The translations under genes were made by a program, and so were the position numbers. Below, piece after piece: positions 32,799 through 42,249 of a DNA stretch of 44,739 nt. The first letter of the stretch is position 1, and every line of letters begins with the position of its first letter. The stretch is from a virus. The stretch lies in UHGV virus genome UHGV-0135379. One strand, given 5' to 3'. The notes below the pieces were generated by a model. That model worked only from the letters and a program-made list of their open reading frames with translations, had not been told where the DNA came from and did no database searches.

Positions 32799-34196
32799 TT
32801 AACCGTCCACATTAAAATCAATACGAGTGATGTATTTACTACCCCACGCCGAATCCGCTTGGGGTATGGAGGCGTAACCGTCAACAGCCTGAACGTTTAT
32901 CACGGAGCCGTCGGAGTAGGTAATGTCAATGCTTGTCGCACCATTCATGGTTACTTTTGCTGATGCCGTCGTTCGGGTTACCGGTGACGATTCGGTTACT
33001 ATTGGCGACGTGGCAAAAGGTGATTTTTCTATTTGCATCGCGCACACTAATATCCCACTAACCCCGTCACCGACAAATGAACCAACGGCGGAGTTGTTGT
33101 ACACCCATGACGCTAAAAGCAGAGAAGATGCGCCGCCCTGGCGTATAGCTACCGTTTCTGTAAATCGATACCAACCATCGCCAAGCTCTGCTATATCGCT
33201 GCCGGGGGCGCCAGCGTAAATAACCCCTGTCGATAAGTTAGCAACACAATCCGCGATAAACCCAGCATCATCAGCGGCGCGAAGTCTCGCATAATTATAA
33301 CCATATGCCTTAGCAACGTAACTGAGAGTGTATACATCACCCTCCGCAAAAGCGGAAGACACCGATTGATATGCGAGATGGCTGTCGTTTGTCTGGGTCG
33401 GGACTAGTGAGAACGTACCGCCGTTTAGAAATCCGTCAACTGCGTCCGACACTGTTGCTCTAGTTTTAGCCCACGATGCGTCAGATAATTTCGACGATTT
33501 AATCAGGATATTGCTGGATGTGGATTCTGGCGGCACACGCCCGACCGCAACACCATCAATGAACGTAAGAGGCCATTCATTGGCGGCGGACTGCACAAGA
33601 TTGCCATTTCGGTTGATGTAGTAAACCTGTGGCCCATCGTAAACAATGCGGCTATCAAGAGTCGACGCCAGAAGGTTAATCGGTGGATACCCGGCAGGCA
33701 CTTCATTGCTCCAGATGCGCGGGAACGTAGTTTCGTAGTTCGCGTATATTTTCAGGAAACTACCCAGACAATCCCCGTAACAACCGTACAAATCTGGAAG
33801 ATTGTTAATCAGGCACTGGTTCTCGAGGTCCTGGAACGGTGATTTCTCAGCGGTTGCCGTGAAAGTAATCGTCCAGTTAATCCCGTCTTCAGTGGACTCC
33901 GCAATGGTGGACGTGATTGTCACCTGGTAGTCCTCAATACCCATGCCGAAGTCGTGCGCCATCCAGAAACTCGACGCACCACCGTCGACTTTCTCAAGGA
34001 ACGACAGAAACGCCTGCCGACCCAGCGCCGATGTAATCAGGGTTACGCTTACCGGGAACACGTCATAATACGTGTCACGGCCCTGACGCACCCCGCCACC
34101 GGCTAAATCTACGCTCCAGACGTTGTTACGTCTGGTCATTGAGTAGCCTTTCGACACCACCGGCTTAAGGCTACGTGGGAAATATAATTCGGTCAT
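32799..34196 (-). CDS. Distal tail / minor tail protein
   Basis: 465 aa, immediately after tape measure; start overlaps tape measure stop (TAATG). Confidence 0.5.
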   Translation of the reverse strand: MTELYFPRSLKPVVSKGYSMTRRNNVWSVDLAGGGVRQGRDTYYDVFPVSVTLITSALGRQAFLSFLEKVDGGASSFWMAHDFGMGIEDYQVTITSTIAESTEDGINWTITFTATAEKSPFQDLENQCLINNLPDLYGCYGDCLGSFLKIYANYETTFPRIWSNEVPAGYPPINLLASTLDSRIVYDGPQVYYINRNGNLVQSAANEWPLTFIDGVAVGRVPPESTSSNILIKSSKLSDASWAKTRATVSDAVDGFLNGGTFSLVPTQTNDSHLAYQSVSSAFAEGDVYTLSYVAKAYGYNYARLRAADDAGFIADCVANLSTGVIYAGAPGSDIAELGDGWYRFTETVAIRQGGASSLLLASWVYNNSAVGSFVGDGVSGILVCAMQIEKSPFATSPIVTESSPVTRTTASAKVTMNGATSIDITYSDGSVINVQAVDGYASIPQADSAWGSKYITRIDFNVDG

Positions 34197-36535
34197 TATT
34201 TGAACCCCGGCGCATTTCTTGTGGCCTTGCGGGCCTTGCTAATCTTACTGTTACTGTTCTGCAAAGAGGCAGCCACTTGCTCCTCGATGATGATACGCAA
34301 ACGGCCTTCATCATCTTGCTCAGTGGATACGTTGCCTATTTGAGAACTCGTGTTATTTACGATAGTAACATTAGATGGGCCGGAAGAAGACCCGTTTTGA
34401 CCCATAATTTCTTTCATCTGCTGCGCGGTGCGCACACGTGATGCACCAGCCGGCATGATAACTTCTGGTTTACCGCGCTCGGCGATGGTGGAAGCCTGTC
34501 CCGCAGATAACTGACCGCCCTGTTCACGCGCGGACCTGATAGCGGAAACCTGAGCCATACCTGCACCAACGGCAGCGGCAGCGGCTACAGGGGCCAGGAA
34601 CGGACCAACTACAGGGATAGCCGCCGTGGACTTGTAAGCCTCGATAGCTGCGGTGTACGTGGCTATGGTGGCCTGTACGATAGCGAATGCCTTATACGCA
34701 CCAGAAGCCTCGCCCAACGCAGACCCGATGTTTGACGCCATGTTACCGAAGGCGGTTGCCGTTGCGTCGGCTCGCTTGGTTGCGTACTGCTCGTTGATGG
34801 CGTTAAGCGCGGCCTGATACTGCTTCTCGCTAATAAGACCCTGTTCACGGTACTTATCGGCTACTGCCAGTTTCTGCTGTTCCTGAATATCCAGAAGCTC
34901 AAGCTCGGTGGCGTTCTGACCCATAATCTGAGCCATGAAATCCTCGCCTTTCTGCTGATTCTCCTGGGCCTCCTTCCTTTTCTTATCCAGTTCTTCCTGG
35001 CGGGCCTGTTCCGCGGATAACATAATCTGCGTCTTGGCGTTTTCGTACTGTTGGTCGCTAAGAAGCTTATTGCTATAGAAGTCCTGCAACTTAGACAGTT
35101 GCTCTTCCTGGTTAGCTTCTATTTTCTGAAATACGTCATCATTAAGATGGATTGACTGATAGTAGAAGTCTTCCGCCGCTTTTTTCTGGCGCTCGAACGC
35201 GTCCGCCGCTTTCTTAGCGGCTTTTGCGGCTGACCCGTCATCGTCAGAACCGCCGCCAGTTCCGGTTACCTTAAATTTGTTTAACCCCTCAGCTTTTGCG
35301 GACTCCTTATCGATGTCATACGCCGCGCGTTTTAACGCTACAATATCCTGTTGAGCTTCTACCTGTTCGCGGAAACTTTTACGCGTAACGTCGGTGACAT
35401 CGCGCTGGGTATCCAAAGCCAGGCCAAGCTGGAAGTTGATATTTTTAGCTACGTCTACTGATTCCCCGGGGGTAAAAGCGGCTCGTACAAGACGGCCCGC
35501 GTCCTGCGCGCCTTTAACCATATCTTCAAAGAATCTCTCCATCGCGGTGAACTCTTCCGCGATGAAGTCAAGCGCATCGGCGGCGGATTCAGCGATGGTA
35601 GTAGCCGTTTGTTCTCCGCTATCCGTAATACTCTTGCTGCTGAAATCCCACAGTTCATTAAGCCCGTTGATGGCATCGCCAACAAAGCCAAACGCAGCGT
35701 CGAATGACATCTCGATAGCGCTTCCTACTTCCGACGCGATGTTCCCCCACATCTGCATTTCAGCGGCTAATTCACCGGAAGCAACAGACGCGTTTAATTC
35801 CTGAATCAAGTCATCGATATACCTGATAGGTTCAGCAAGTGCGCCAACATCAAGACTGGTGGCAAGCGTCATTTTTAGCTGCGACCATGAGTCACTGGCA
35901 CTCGCGATAGCGCCGTTAAGGGTGTTGGCCTGGTCAGCCATAGCCCCCGCAAAATTTACGTTACCAATGTTAAGTAAATACTGCTCAATATCGGCAGCGC
36001 TTTTCTTAACTACGGTTGTCGTTCCCTGGAACGTAAACTCTACGTCGGTTTTGTTCTGCTTGGCTTTGATGCCGAATTCTTTGAGGCGTTCGAACTCAAA
36101 CGTACTGGCGTCGGCTACCGCCTCAATCATCTGATTAAGGTCCTTACCCATAGCCGATGCGGTATTGCCGTAGGACCGCAACGCCTCCTCGGATGGGGTA
36201 AGGCCAAGGGCCACCAGCTTACGGAAGCCTTCCACCGCCTGCTCCAGTCCGTATGGGGTGTCGCGTGCAAAATCTTGCAGGATACTTAGCGCCTGTTTAG
36301 CACCTTGGGTACTTCCGGTTAAGGTCTTCAAACTGGCGGACATCTTGTCCAGTTGCCGCTGTGAGTCAACTAGTTCTTGGGCGGCTTTATACGCGGTAGC
36401 CGCTACGATAGAAGCGAGGCCTGCTACGGCGGCCCCCGCTACTTTTGCGGACTTTGAAAGATTATCAAGACGGTCTGATGTGGCTTTCGCGCCTTGCTCT
36501 GATACTTTTACGACTAAACTAGCTACATCAGCCAT
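34196..36535 (-). CDS. Tail tape measure protein
   Basis: 779 aa, Ala/Gln/Glu-rich helical composition, follows G/GT chaperones. Confidence 0.85.
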   Translation of the reverse strand: MADVASLVVKVSEQGAKATSDRLDNLSKSAKVAGAAVAGLASIVAATAYKAAQELVDSQRQLDKMSASLKTLTGSTQGAKQALSILQDFARDTPYGLEQAVEGFRKLVALGLTPSEEALRSYGNTASAMGKDLNQMIEAVADASTFEFERLKEFGIKAKQNKTDVEFTFQGTTTVVKKSAADIEQYLLNIGNVNFAGAMADQANTLNGAIASASDSWSQLKMTLATSLDVGALAEPIRYIDDLIQELNASVASGELAAEMQMWGNIASEVGSAIEMSFDAAFGFVGDAINGLNELWDFSSKSITDSGEQTATTIAESAADALDFIAEEFTAMERFFEDMVKGAQDAGRLVRAAFTPGESVDVAKNINFQLGLALDTQRDVTDVTRKSFREQVEAQQDIVALKRAAYDIDKESAKAEGLNKFKVTGTGGGSDDDGSAAKAAKKAADAFERQKKAAEDFYYQSIHLNDDVFQKIEANQEEQLSKLQDFYSNKLLSDQQYENAKTQIMLSAEQARQEELDKKRKEAQENQQKGEDFMAQIMGQNATELELLDIQEQQKLAVADKYREQGLISEKQYQAALNAINEQYATKRADATATAFGNMASNIGSALGEASGAYKAFAIVQATIATYTAAIEAYKSTAAIPVVGPFLAPVAAAAAVGAGMAQVSAIRSAREQGGQLSAGQASTIAERGKPEVIMPAGASRVRTAQQMKEIMGQNGSSSGPSNVTIVNNTSSQIGNVSTEQDDEGRLRIIIEEQVAASLQNSNSKISKARKATRNAPGFK

Positions 36536-36887
36536 CGTTTCTACCCTCGAAAATAGCGTCTAAGCTCATGATGATGTCAGATTCGAACATCCCTATATTC
36601 TGGCCTGAAACGGTGCTGTACGCCACTAAATCTGACCATCGTAATTGCTCGCGCGGGTACATCTTGATGCCGTCGTCGTCCACTCGGCGGGTGAATTTAA
36701 TTTCCCTGTACTTCTCAAATGTGGTTAGTAGTTCAGGGGGGCATTCCGGCCCAGTGGCCTGCGTTGCGTCCGGCGCGTCTTGCATAACCCCCATAGCAAT
36801 TAGCGCGGCTTTATGCCCATCGGCGATACTGTCAAATTCCCGCCGTTTGTGGCGGGTTATGAAGTTCCAACGGGCGAACTGGAGCAA
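36528..36887 (-). CDS. Tail assembly chaperone T segment (-1 frame relative to G; probably expressed as a G-T fusion)
   Basis: -1 frame ORF overlapping the last codons of G, no ATG of its own (TTG only), overlaps tape measure start. Confidence 0.5.
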   Translation of the reverse strand: MLQFARWNFITRHKRREFDSIADGHKAALIAMGVMQDAPDATQATGPECPPELLTTFEKYREIKFTRRVDDDGIKMYPREQLRWSDLVAYSTVSGQNIGMFESDIIMSLDAIFEGRNDG

Positions 36888-36892
36888 CGCGT

Positions 36893-37309
36893 CTACTTTT
36901 CCTGTAGCTGGTGCAGTTGTTCGTTATGAAACACAACAACAAGTTCCGCGAGTCGTTTATATTGCGTCAGGAGTGTGTTCAGATTCTCTTTATTGAATTC
37001 GTCGTCAAGGCTCCACCCGTTAACCAATTCAACCGCTAACTGACGGTTAAGGTCCGTCGCCGCGTCTTCCATCTTCAGGTTGTATTCAGAGAAATCTTTC
37101 ATCTCTTCGCACTTATCACGAAGCGGTTTTAATTTCCCTAACACTGCCCGGTATGCAAGGGTGAACGCGCGCATAGCCTTAACGGCAACGTCTGCCTCAG
37201 GAGAAACAACATTAAGCCATTCCCCGGAATCGGTACCGTCTTTTAATGGTATCGGCATACGTGCACCCTTTTCAGCTTCAGCTTCGTAATAAAAATCAGA
37301 AAGTTTCAT
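36893..37309 (-). CDS. Tail assembly chaperone (lambda G-like)
   Basis: 138 aa acidic protein between major tail and tape measure genes; ATG with AAGGA RBS. Confidence 0.6.
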   Translation of the reverse strand: MKLSDFYYEAEAEKGARMPIPLKDGTDSGEWLNVVSPEADVAVKAMRAFTLAYRAVLGKLKPLRDKCEEMKDFSEYNLKMEDAATDLNRQLAVELVNGWSLDDEFNKENLNTLLTQYKRLAELVVVFHNEQLHQLQEK

Positions 37310-37416
37310 TCTTTAATCCTTTGGTTAAGAGGTTACTGGTTAAAGGAAATGCGCCAGACGGGAACCACCCGCTTTTCGTGTGCGACACTAGGCGCAAAAT
37401 TATTCTAACATACTAC

Positions 37417-37445
37417 TTGCACACCCTGATATAATAGCGTACTAT
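37417..37445 (+). promoter_or_regulatory. Promoter TTGCAC-N17-TACTAT with AATAG-CGTA-CTATT box (37433-37446); drives the 4-gene plus-strand island
   Basis: Same architecture as the moron and leftward early promoters; about 40 nt upstream of ATG 37488. Confidence 0.6.
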
Positions 37446-37487
37446 TCACTTACACCAACGATGTTATCTCAAATCAGGAGTTATGTT

Positions 37488-37679
37488 ATGACCGGTATCG
37501 CTATGTTCTTTTTAATTATTGTTGTAGGCGTTTATTTTATCCCGTTTTTTGTGGCCCATATGCGAAACCATAAAGCAAAGCTAGCGATATTCATGGCTAA
37601 CTTATTTCTCGGGTGGGTTCTGTTGCCGTGGGTATTCATTTTAATCTGGGCTTGTAACTCGAACGTGAAAGAGAAGTAG
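37488..37679 (+). CDS. Small 2-TM membrane protein resembling superinfection-immunity (Imm-type) proteins
   Basis: 63 aa from ATG at 37488 (AGGAG RBS); motif FIPFFVAHMRNH...LGW...ILIWAC; AT-rich; track ORF starts at 37461. Confidence 0.55.
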   Translation: MTGIAMFFLIIVVGVYFIPFFVAHMRNHKAKLAIFMANLFLGWVLLPWVFILIWACNSNVKEK

Positions 37680-37717
37680 GCTACTATAAGACAAATCCTA
37701 AACACGAGGAAGTAAGC

Positions 37718-38848
37718 ATGGCCCGGAAGAAAATAACCGACGAACAGTTACAGGAAGAATTGAACGCCGGAATGAAGAATGTAGACATCGCCCGTAAATA
37801 CGGCATCTCAGACCGCGTAATTCGTATCCGTAAAGCGAAGCTGGCTAAGAAAGGTGTAGGTCACGGACGTGATGTTAGCCACCTTGTCCCGGACGGCTAT
37901 AAGATTAAAGGAACGTCGTCACTGGTGGATGAGTTCGGCAACACTAAGTTGCAATGGGTTAAGACCGACACTGACGCCGAACGTCAGGTTGAATTGATGA
38001 AAGCCGTGATCGAAGGCATGAAATCGGAGATTACGCCCGTTGCACCTGTTAAAGCCGTTCGTGCCAAACGGGACGATAAGCTGCTCAATCTTTACACTGT
38101 ATCCGATTTCCATCTCGGTATGCTGGCCTGGGCCGACGAGAGCGGCGACGACTGGGACATGAAGATTGCGGAAGACCTGTTCTCTCGTTGGTTCGATGCA
38201 GCATTCCAGAAAGCACCGGATGCCGGTACTGGGGTTATCAATCTTCTTGGCGACTTAGCGCACTTCGATAGTCTTGATGCCGTTACGCCCGCAAGCGGTC
38301 ATGTCCTTGACGCTGACACGCGCTATCAGAAACTGGTCCGTTACATGATTCGTATGGTCCGCCGTGTCGTTGATATGGCGTTGGTTAAGCATAAAAATGT
38401 TCGCTTGCTTATCGTGCAAGGGAATCACGACGAATCGGGTATGATTTGGTTGGCTGAGATGTTCAGTACGCTGTACGACAATGAGCCGCGCGTGTTCGTC
38501 GATACGTCGCCGGATGTTTACAAGATGGTGCAACACGGCAAAACGACGCTGTTCTTCCATCACGGGCATAAAGCACGATTCGACGCTATCGAACCGGTTA
38601 TGATTGCCAAGTTCCGTAAAGCGTTCGGCGAGAGTGTTTACAGCTACGCCCACGTAGGCCATCTGCACCACCAGAAGATTGTAGAAAGCCGTAACATGAT
38701 TGTTGAGCAACACCGCACCTTAGCGGCTAAAGACGCCTACGCCTCTCGCGGCGGATGGATGTCGGGCCGCAGTGCAAATGTAATTACTTATAGCGCCGAA
38801 TATGGCGAGGTCGCACGTTTAACTATTTCACCGGAGATGCTGGGATGA
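37718..38848 (+). CDS. Calcineurin-like metallophosphoesterase with N-terminal HTH-like domain
   Basis: Motifs DFHLG, GDLAHFD, QGNHDE, HHGH, GHLHH; ATG with GAGGAAG RBS. Confidence 0.75.
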   Translation: MARKKITDEQLQEELNAGMKNVDIARKYGISDRVIRIRKAKLAKKGVGHGRDVSHLVPDGYKIKGTSSLVDEFGNTKLQWVKTDTDAERQVELMKAVIEGMKSEITPVAPVKAVRAKRDDKLLNLYTVSDFHLGMLAWADESGDDWDMKIAEDLFSRWFDAAFQKAPDAGTGVINLLGDLAHFDSLDAVTPASGHVLDADTRYQKLVRYMIRMVRRVVDMALVKHKNVRLLIVQGNHDESGMIWLAEMFSTLYDNEPRVFVDTSPDVYKMVQHGKTTLFFHHGHKARFDAIEPVMIAKFRKAFGESVYSYAHVGHLHHQKIVESRNMIVEQHRTLAAKDAYASRGGWMSGRSANVITYSAEYGEVARLTISPEMLG

Positions 38849-39333
38849 AAGATATTGTAATTTTCGATTTAGACGGGACATTGGCCGACGGTACCCATCG
38901 CTTACACCTGTTACCAAAAGATAACTACGGAGAAACGTGGGCGTGGAAGCCATTTAACATGGCCTGCAAAGATGACGCTCCGATATACGACAATATCCAT
39001 TTGTGTAGCGTACTGTGGCATTCCGGACTTACTATAATTATCCTTACCGGGCGAAGTGATGACGCTGAGGAGGAGACTCGCGAATGGTTACGAGAGAATA
39101 ACGTTAGGTTTGACACGCTAATCATGCGCAGCAAACACGACAACAGAAAAGACATCGTAATTAAAGAAGAGGTGTTGCGTGCTTTCGGACTGGAAAGAAT
39201 CTTGTGTGCGTTCGACGACTCTCCAGCGGTAATAAAGCATTTCCGTGACCTCGGCATAACCGCACACGCAGTTACCGAATACGACTGTAACGGGAACTCT
39301 ACACACTTAAAACCACACGGGAGCGATAAATAA
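38845..39333 (+). CDS. HAD-superfamily phosphatase resembling the 3'-phosphatase domain of T4 polynucleotide kinase-phosphatase
   Basis: HAD motifs FDLDGTL, ILTGRS, RKDIVIKEE, FDDSP in the same order and spacing as remembered for T4 Pnkp. Confidence 0.75.
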   Translation: MKDIVIFDLDGTLADGTHRLHLLPKDNYGETWAWKPFNMACKDDAPIYDNIHLCSVLWHSGLTIIILTGRSDDAEEETREWLRENNVRFDTLIMRSKHDNRKDIVIKEEVLRAFGLERILCAFDDSPAVIKHFRDLGITAHAVTEYDCNGNSTHLKPHGSDK

Positions 39334-39887
39334 TGGCTAAGGTAATTATTCTTAATGGCCCTGCGGGTTGCGGGAAAGACACGCTTGCTATGGCGCTGGT
39401 AGAAATGGGCTTTGCGAAAGGAACTACCAGTTTCAAGAATCCAATGTTCAATATTGCTTTGGCAGCGTTAGGCCAGGATGCTTACCACGAATTTCTCGAC
39501 GGCTACGACGACCGGGCGCGGAAAGAAAAACCCGAGGGTTTTCTTAATGGGTTGTCCCGCCGCCGGTTAATGATTGCCATTTCTGAGCAATTCATTAAAC
39601 CGGTATTCGGCGATGATTATTTCGGTAAGTATCTTGCTGAAAACTTGCCTGACGGCGACGAAGTTTTTGTAGTGTCCGATGGTGGATTCGCCAGTGAAGT
39701 TGCCCCTATCGTCGCCGCGGGGCATGACGTGCGAATCGTCCGCCTCCATCGTGACGGCTATACGTTCATCTGCGATAGCCGTGGCTATCTGTACGATGTT
39801 AGTGGTGTAAAAGATTACGACACCTACATCATACCGGGTGACGTTAAATCGAACGTTATAGACATTGCTTTAAAATTAGGTTTGTAA
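39333..39887 (+). CDS. P-loop kinase resembling T4 gp1 deoxynucleoside monophosphate kinase
   Basis: Walker A GPAGCGKDT and RRRLM motif; ATG overlaps HAD gene stop (TAATG); terminator follows. Confidence 0.7.
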   Translation: MAKVIILNGPAGCGKDTLAMALVEMGFAKGTTSFKNPMFNIALAALGQDAYHEFLDGYDDRARKEKPEGFLNGLSRRRLMIAISEQFIKPVFGDDYFGKYLAENLPDGDEVFVVSDGGFASEVAPIVAAGHDVRIVRLHRDGYTFICDSRGYLYDVSGVKDYDTYIIPGDVKSNVIDIALKLGL

Positions 39888-39918
39888 GAAAAAGGCCCCG
39901 AAAGGGGCCTTAGTTTTA
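39886..39918. terminator. Bidirectional terminator between the plus-strand island and the major tail gene
   Basis: Hairpin AAGGCCCC-GAAA-GGGGCCTT, T-runs on both strands; convergent genes. Confidence 0.65.
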
Positions 39919-41082
39919 TGCGTAGGTGATACGTTGAATTACGATAGACGACTGGTACTGATTGCCGGTAGCCTGGCCTTCAATGGACTGAGTGATTGAC
40001 TCAGGCCCACCAATCTCAGGTGTAACCGCCGTAAGCTCTGCACGTTTCAAACTGAAAGACATAGCCCCGTTTACCCCTGCCAGAATAGAGTTAATCTCTA
40101 CCTGCTGCTCGTTGATAAACTTCTGAATCATCGTCATGTCGTACAGCTTGCCAGAGATAGAGAATGTGTTAGCTGCGCGTCCACGTTCGACGAACGCCAC
40201 GCTACTGTTACCGAGTTCGAACTGCGCGGAAGCTCCGTTGTCGTTGGTGATGGTGAGAGTATCGCAACGCAACGGCGTGGAGCCATCGAACACCGACACA
40301 TCTACCGACGAGAACGGCTCATCGGTGAACGTAACCTGAGAGAAATCAGAGCCAGACGGCGGCGCGGTAAGAATCTCCTGACTCAGGCCGATGAACGGGA
40401 AGCTGCCGGTGACCATGGCGTTAACCGCCTGCTCTACGGTAAAGCCAGAGATTTCCACACCTTTGGTCAGCATGTACGCGTCCGGGTTACCACACTGGCC
40501 CTTGAACCACGTCAGGATGGAGAACGTCTTACACGCGTTACCGGTTTCCAGCTTGTCGCCAGTTTTTGCGTCAGTGGTTACTGTCTCTGCTGTCAGCGTG
40601 TGCTGAATACCTGCGCCCGTAACTACCAGAGCGGAAACCGCGGTCACGATAAACGGTTTTGCGTTGTCGCCGGTTAAGTCGGTGAACGCAATAAGGTCGC
40701 CAACTTCTACACCGTCAGTAATGAAGCTACCGGCAGCGCGGGTGAATGTTTTACCTGCTGGGGCGACCGTAATTTCGGCGCCAGTAATCTCTACCCCAGC
40801 TTGCCACGTAGAAGTCATCGCTCCCGCAAGGAAATCATCCTGGCTACGAGAGCTAAGTTCGATGGCGTACTCCCCGCTAACCTGTTTGTTACCGGTTCGG
40901 ATGGATGTAGTTTCACGGCTGCCGTCTAGTTCGTTGGAAGTCAGCGCATCGCGGGTTACGGCAGGAACACCGCCAGTGTTACGCAACGGCGACCAGACAG
41001 GGTTAGCCGGTGTTACGCCCGGGGTAGTTTCCGCCACATAGAATTGCGCGGTATTCGCGCCCTTAAAAGGAGTTGTAGCCAT
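39916..41082 (-). CDS. Major tail protein (tube), probable
   Basis: 388 aa from ATG at 41082 (AAGAGG RBS); last large gene before the G/GT chaperones; terminator hairpin after stop. Confidence 0.55.
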   Translation of the reverse strand: MATTPFKGANTAQFYVAETTPGVTPANPVWSPLRNTGGVPAVTRDALTSNELDGSRETTSIRTGNKQVSGEYAIELSSRSQDDFLAGAMTSTWQAGVEITGAEITVAPAGKTFTRAAGSFITDGVEVGDLIAFTDLTGDNAKPFIVTAVSALVVTGAGIQHTLTAETVTTDAKTGDKLETGNACKTFSILTWFKGQCGNPDAYMLTKGVEISGFTVEQAVNAMVTGSFPFIGLSQEILTAPPSGSDFSQVTFTDEPFSSVDVSVFDGSTPLRCDTLTITNDNGASAQFELGNSSVAFVERGRAANTFSISGKLYDMTMIQKFINEQQVEINSILAGVNGAMSFSLKRAELTAVTPEIGGPESITQSIEGQATGNQYQSSIVIQRITYA

Positions 41083-41084
41083 AT

Positions 41085-41501
41085 TCACAGCCTCTTGGTG
41101 AATGCAATAAAGTTAATTGACAATGGTCGTTTGGCCCATCCGTTTTCTACAATCAGCGGCCCCAGGCTAACCGATTGAACCTCGGCGCAGATGTCGTTAC
41201 GCGAAAATGCCTTACCTGATTTAAACGCCGTGTTAAGTAAGTCTGCCATTTTATTGATTGGCGCGCTACCTTTCACCGATGCGTAGTTAATGTCTATCTG
41301 ATAGACACCGGCGCGTTGTTCCGTGAAGAATAAGTCAGCCTGCTCGGTATCCGCCAGCAACATGTAACTTGCCAGATACGGCGTATCTGTTGACGTCGGC
41401 GCGTAGATGTTTTCAAGCGCTACCTTGATGCCGTTGGTGGTTCCGAAGGCTACCAGCGGCACATCAAACGCTTTTGTTAAGTCCTCAAAGTAGCCCATCA
41501 T
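41085..41501 (-). CDS. Putative tail terminator / tail completion protein
   Basis: 138 aa, immediately upstream of major tail gene; overlapping start and stop. Confidence 0.4.
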   Translation of the reverse strand: MMGYFEDLTKAFDVPLVAFGTTNGIKVALENIYAPTSTDTPYLASYMLLADTEQADLFFTEQRAGVYQIDINYASVKGSAPINKMADLLNTAFKSGKAFSRNDICAEVQSVSLGPLIVENGWAKRPLSINFIAFTKRL

Positions 41502-41893
41502 CTCACCTTGCTAGCTTCTTCGTTAATGAGTTGCTGGAAGCGGGACACGTTAGTCCTGACGAATCCTTGCGGGGCCTGTTGCGACCAGCCATACTCCAGC
41601 CGTTGTGCATACGGCAGGTTATTTGTCAGCGTGAACTCATGCCAGTCGGTGGCTTTCAGCACGAAACTTGTAGCGTTTCCGGTTGCTGTGTTTCCTGATT
41701 TATCCGTAGCATCCGTAATCCCGGAAGCAGGAGTACCGCCAGATGCCATCCAGTTCATGCGAAACCGACCAGTATCTACCGGACTCGCCTTTATAATAGC
41801 GGAAAACAGCTTGATAGACACCTGACGCATCACCTTCTCAGGGTTCTTCTTCGCCTTTTCCACGAACTTAGAGACGTCCAGCGCGAAACTCAT
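41498..41893 (-). CDS. HK97 gp10-like tail component
   Basis: Motifs SPVDTGRFR and YAQRLEYG typical of the gp10 family. Confidence 0.55.
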   Translation of the reverse strand: MSFALDVSKFVEKAKKNPEKVMRQVSIKLFSAIIKASPVDTGRFRMNWMASGGTPASGITDATDKSGNTATGNATSFVLKATDWHEFTLTNNLPYAQRLEYGWSQQAPQGFVRTNVSRFQQLINEEASKVR

Positions 41894-42249
41894 TTTCTCA
41901 CCTGAATAAAGTAGGACACAACATCATCGTTAACCACCTTCTTCTCAATGGCTACGACGGACCATTGCTCGCCGCCGAATTGCACTTTGTCTTCCATCTT
42001 AGGAACGACGCTGTAATCGGCTTTAACAATCATGTCACCAGCCTGAATCGTCGTACCGTTCACCAGACCCGCATTAACAGGAACCGGAACGGCCTTCAAC
42101 GGCAACACTTCATCCGCAGACCAGACGTACTCACCGAGAACTTCATCCCACACTTTCGAGCCAGCGCGAATCAGAGATACCGTGCTACCGAATTTGGTTA
42201 ACAGGCGTGTACCTACGCCTTGCATACGTTTACTGAAAGCTGTGCTCAT
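41890..42249 (-). CDS. Putative head closure / head-tail joining protein (119 aa from ATG at 42249)
   Basis: GGAGG RBS before the ATG at 42249; track ORF extends to another ATG at 42303 without RBS. Confidence 0.4.
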   Translation of the reverse strand: MSTAFSKRMQGVGTRLLTKFGSTVSLIRAGSKVWDEVLGEYVWSADEVLPLKAVPVPVNAGLVNGTTIQAGDMIVKADYSVVPKMEDKVQFGGEQWSVVAIEKKVVNDDVVSYFIQVRK

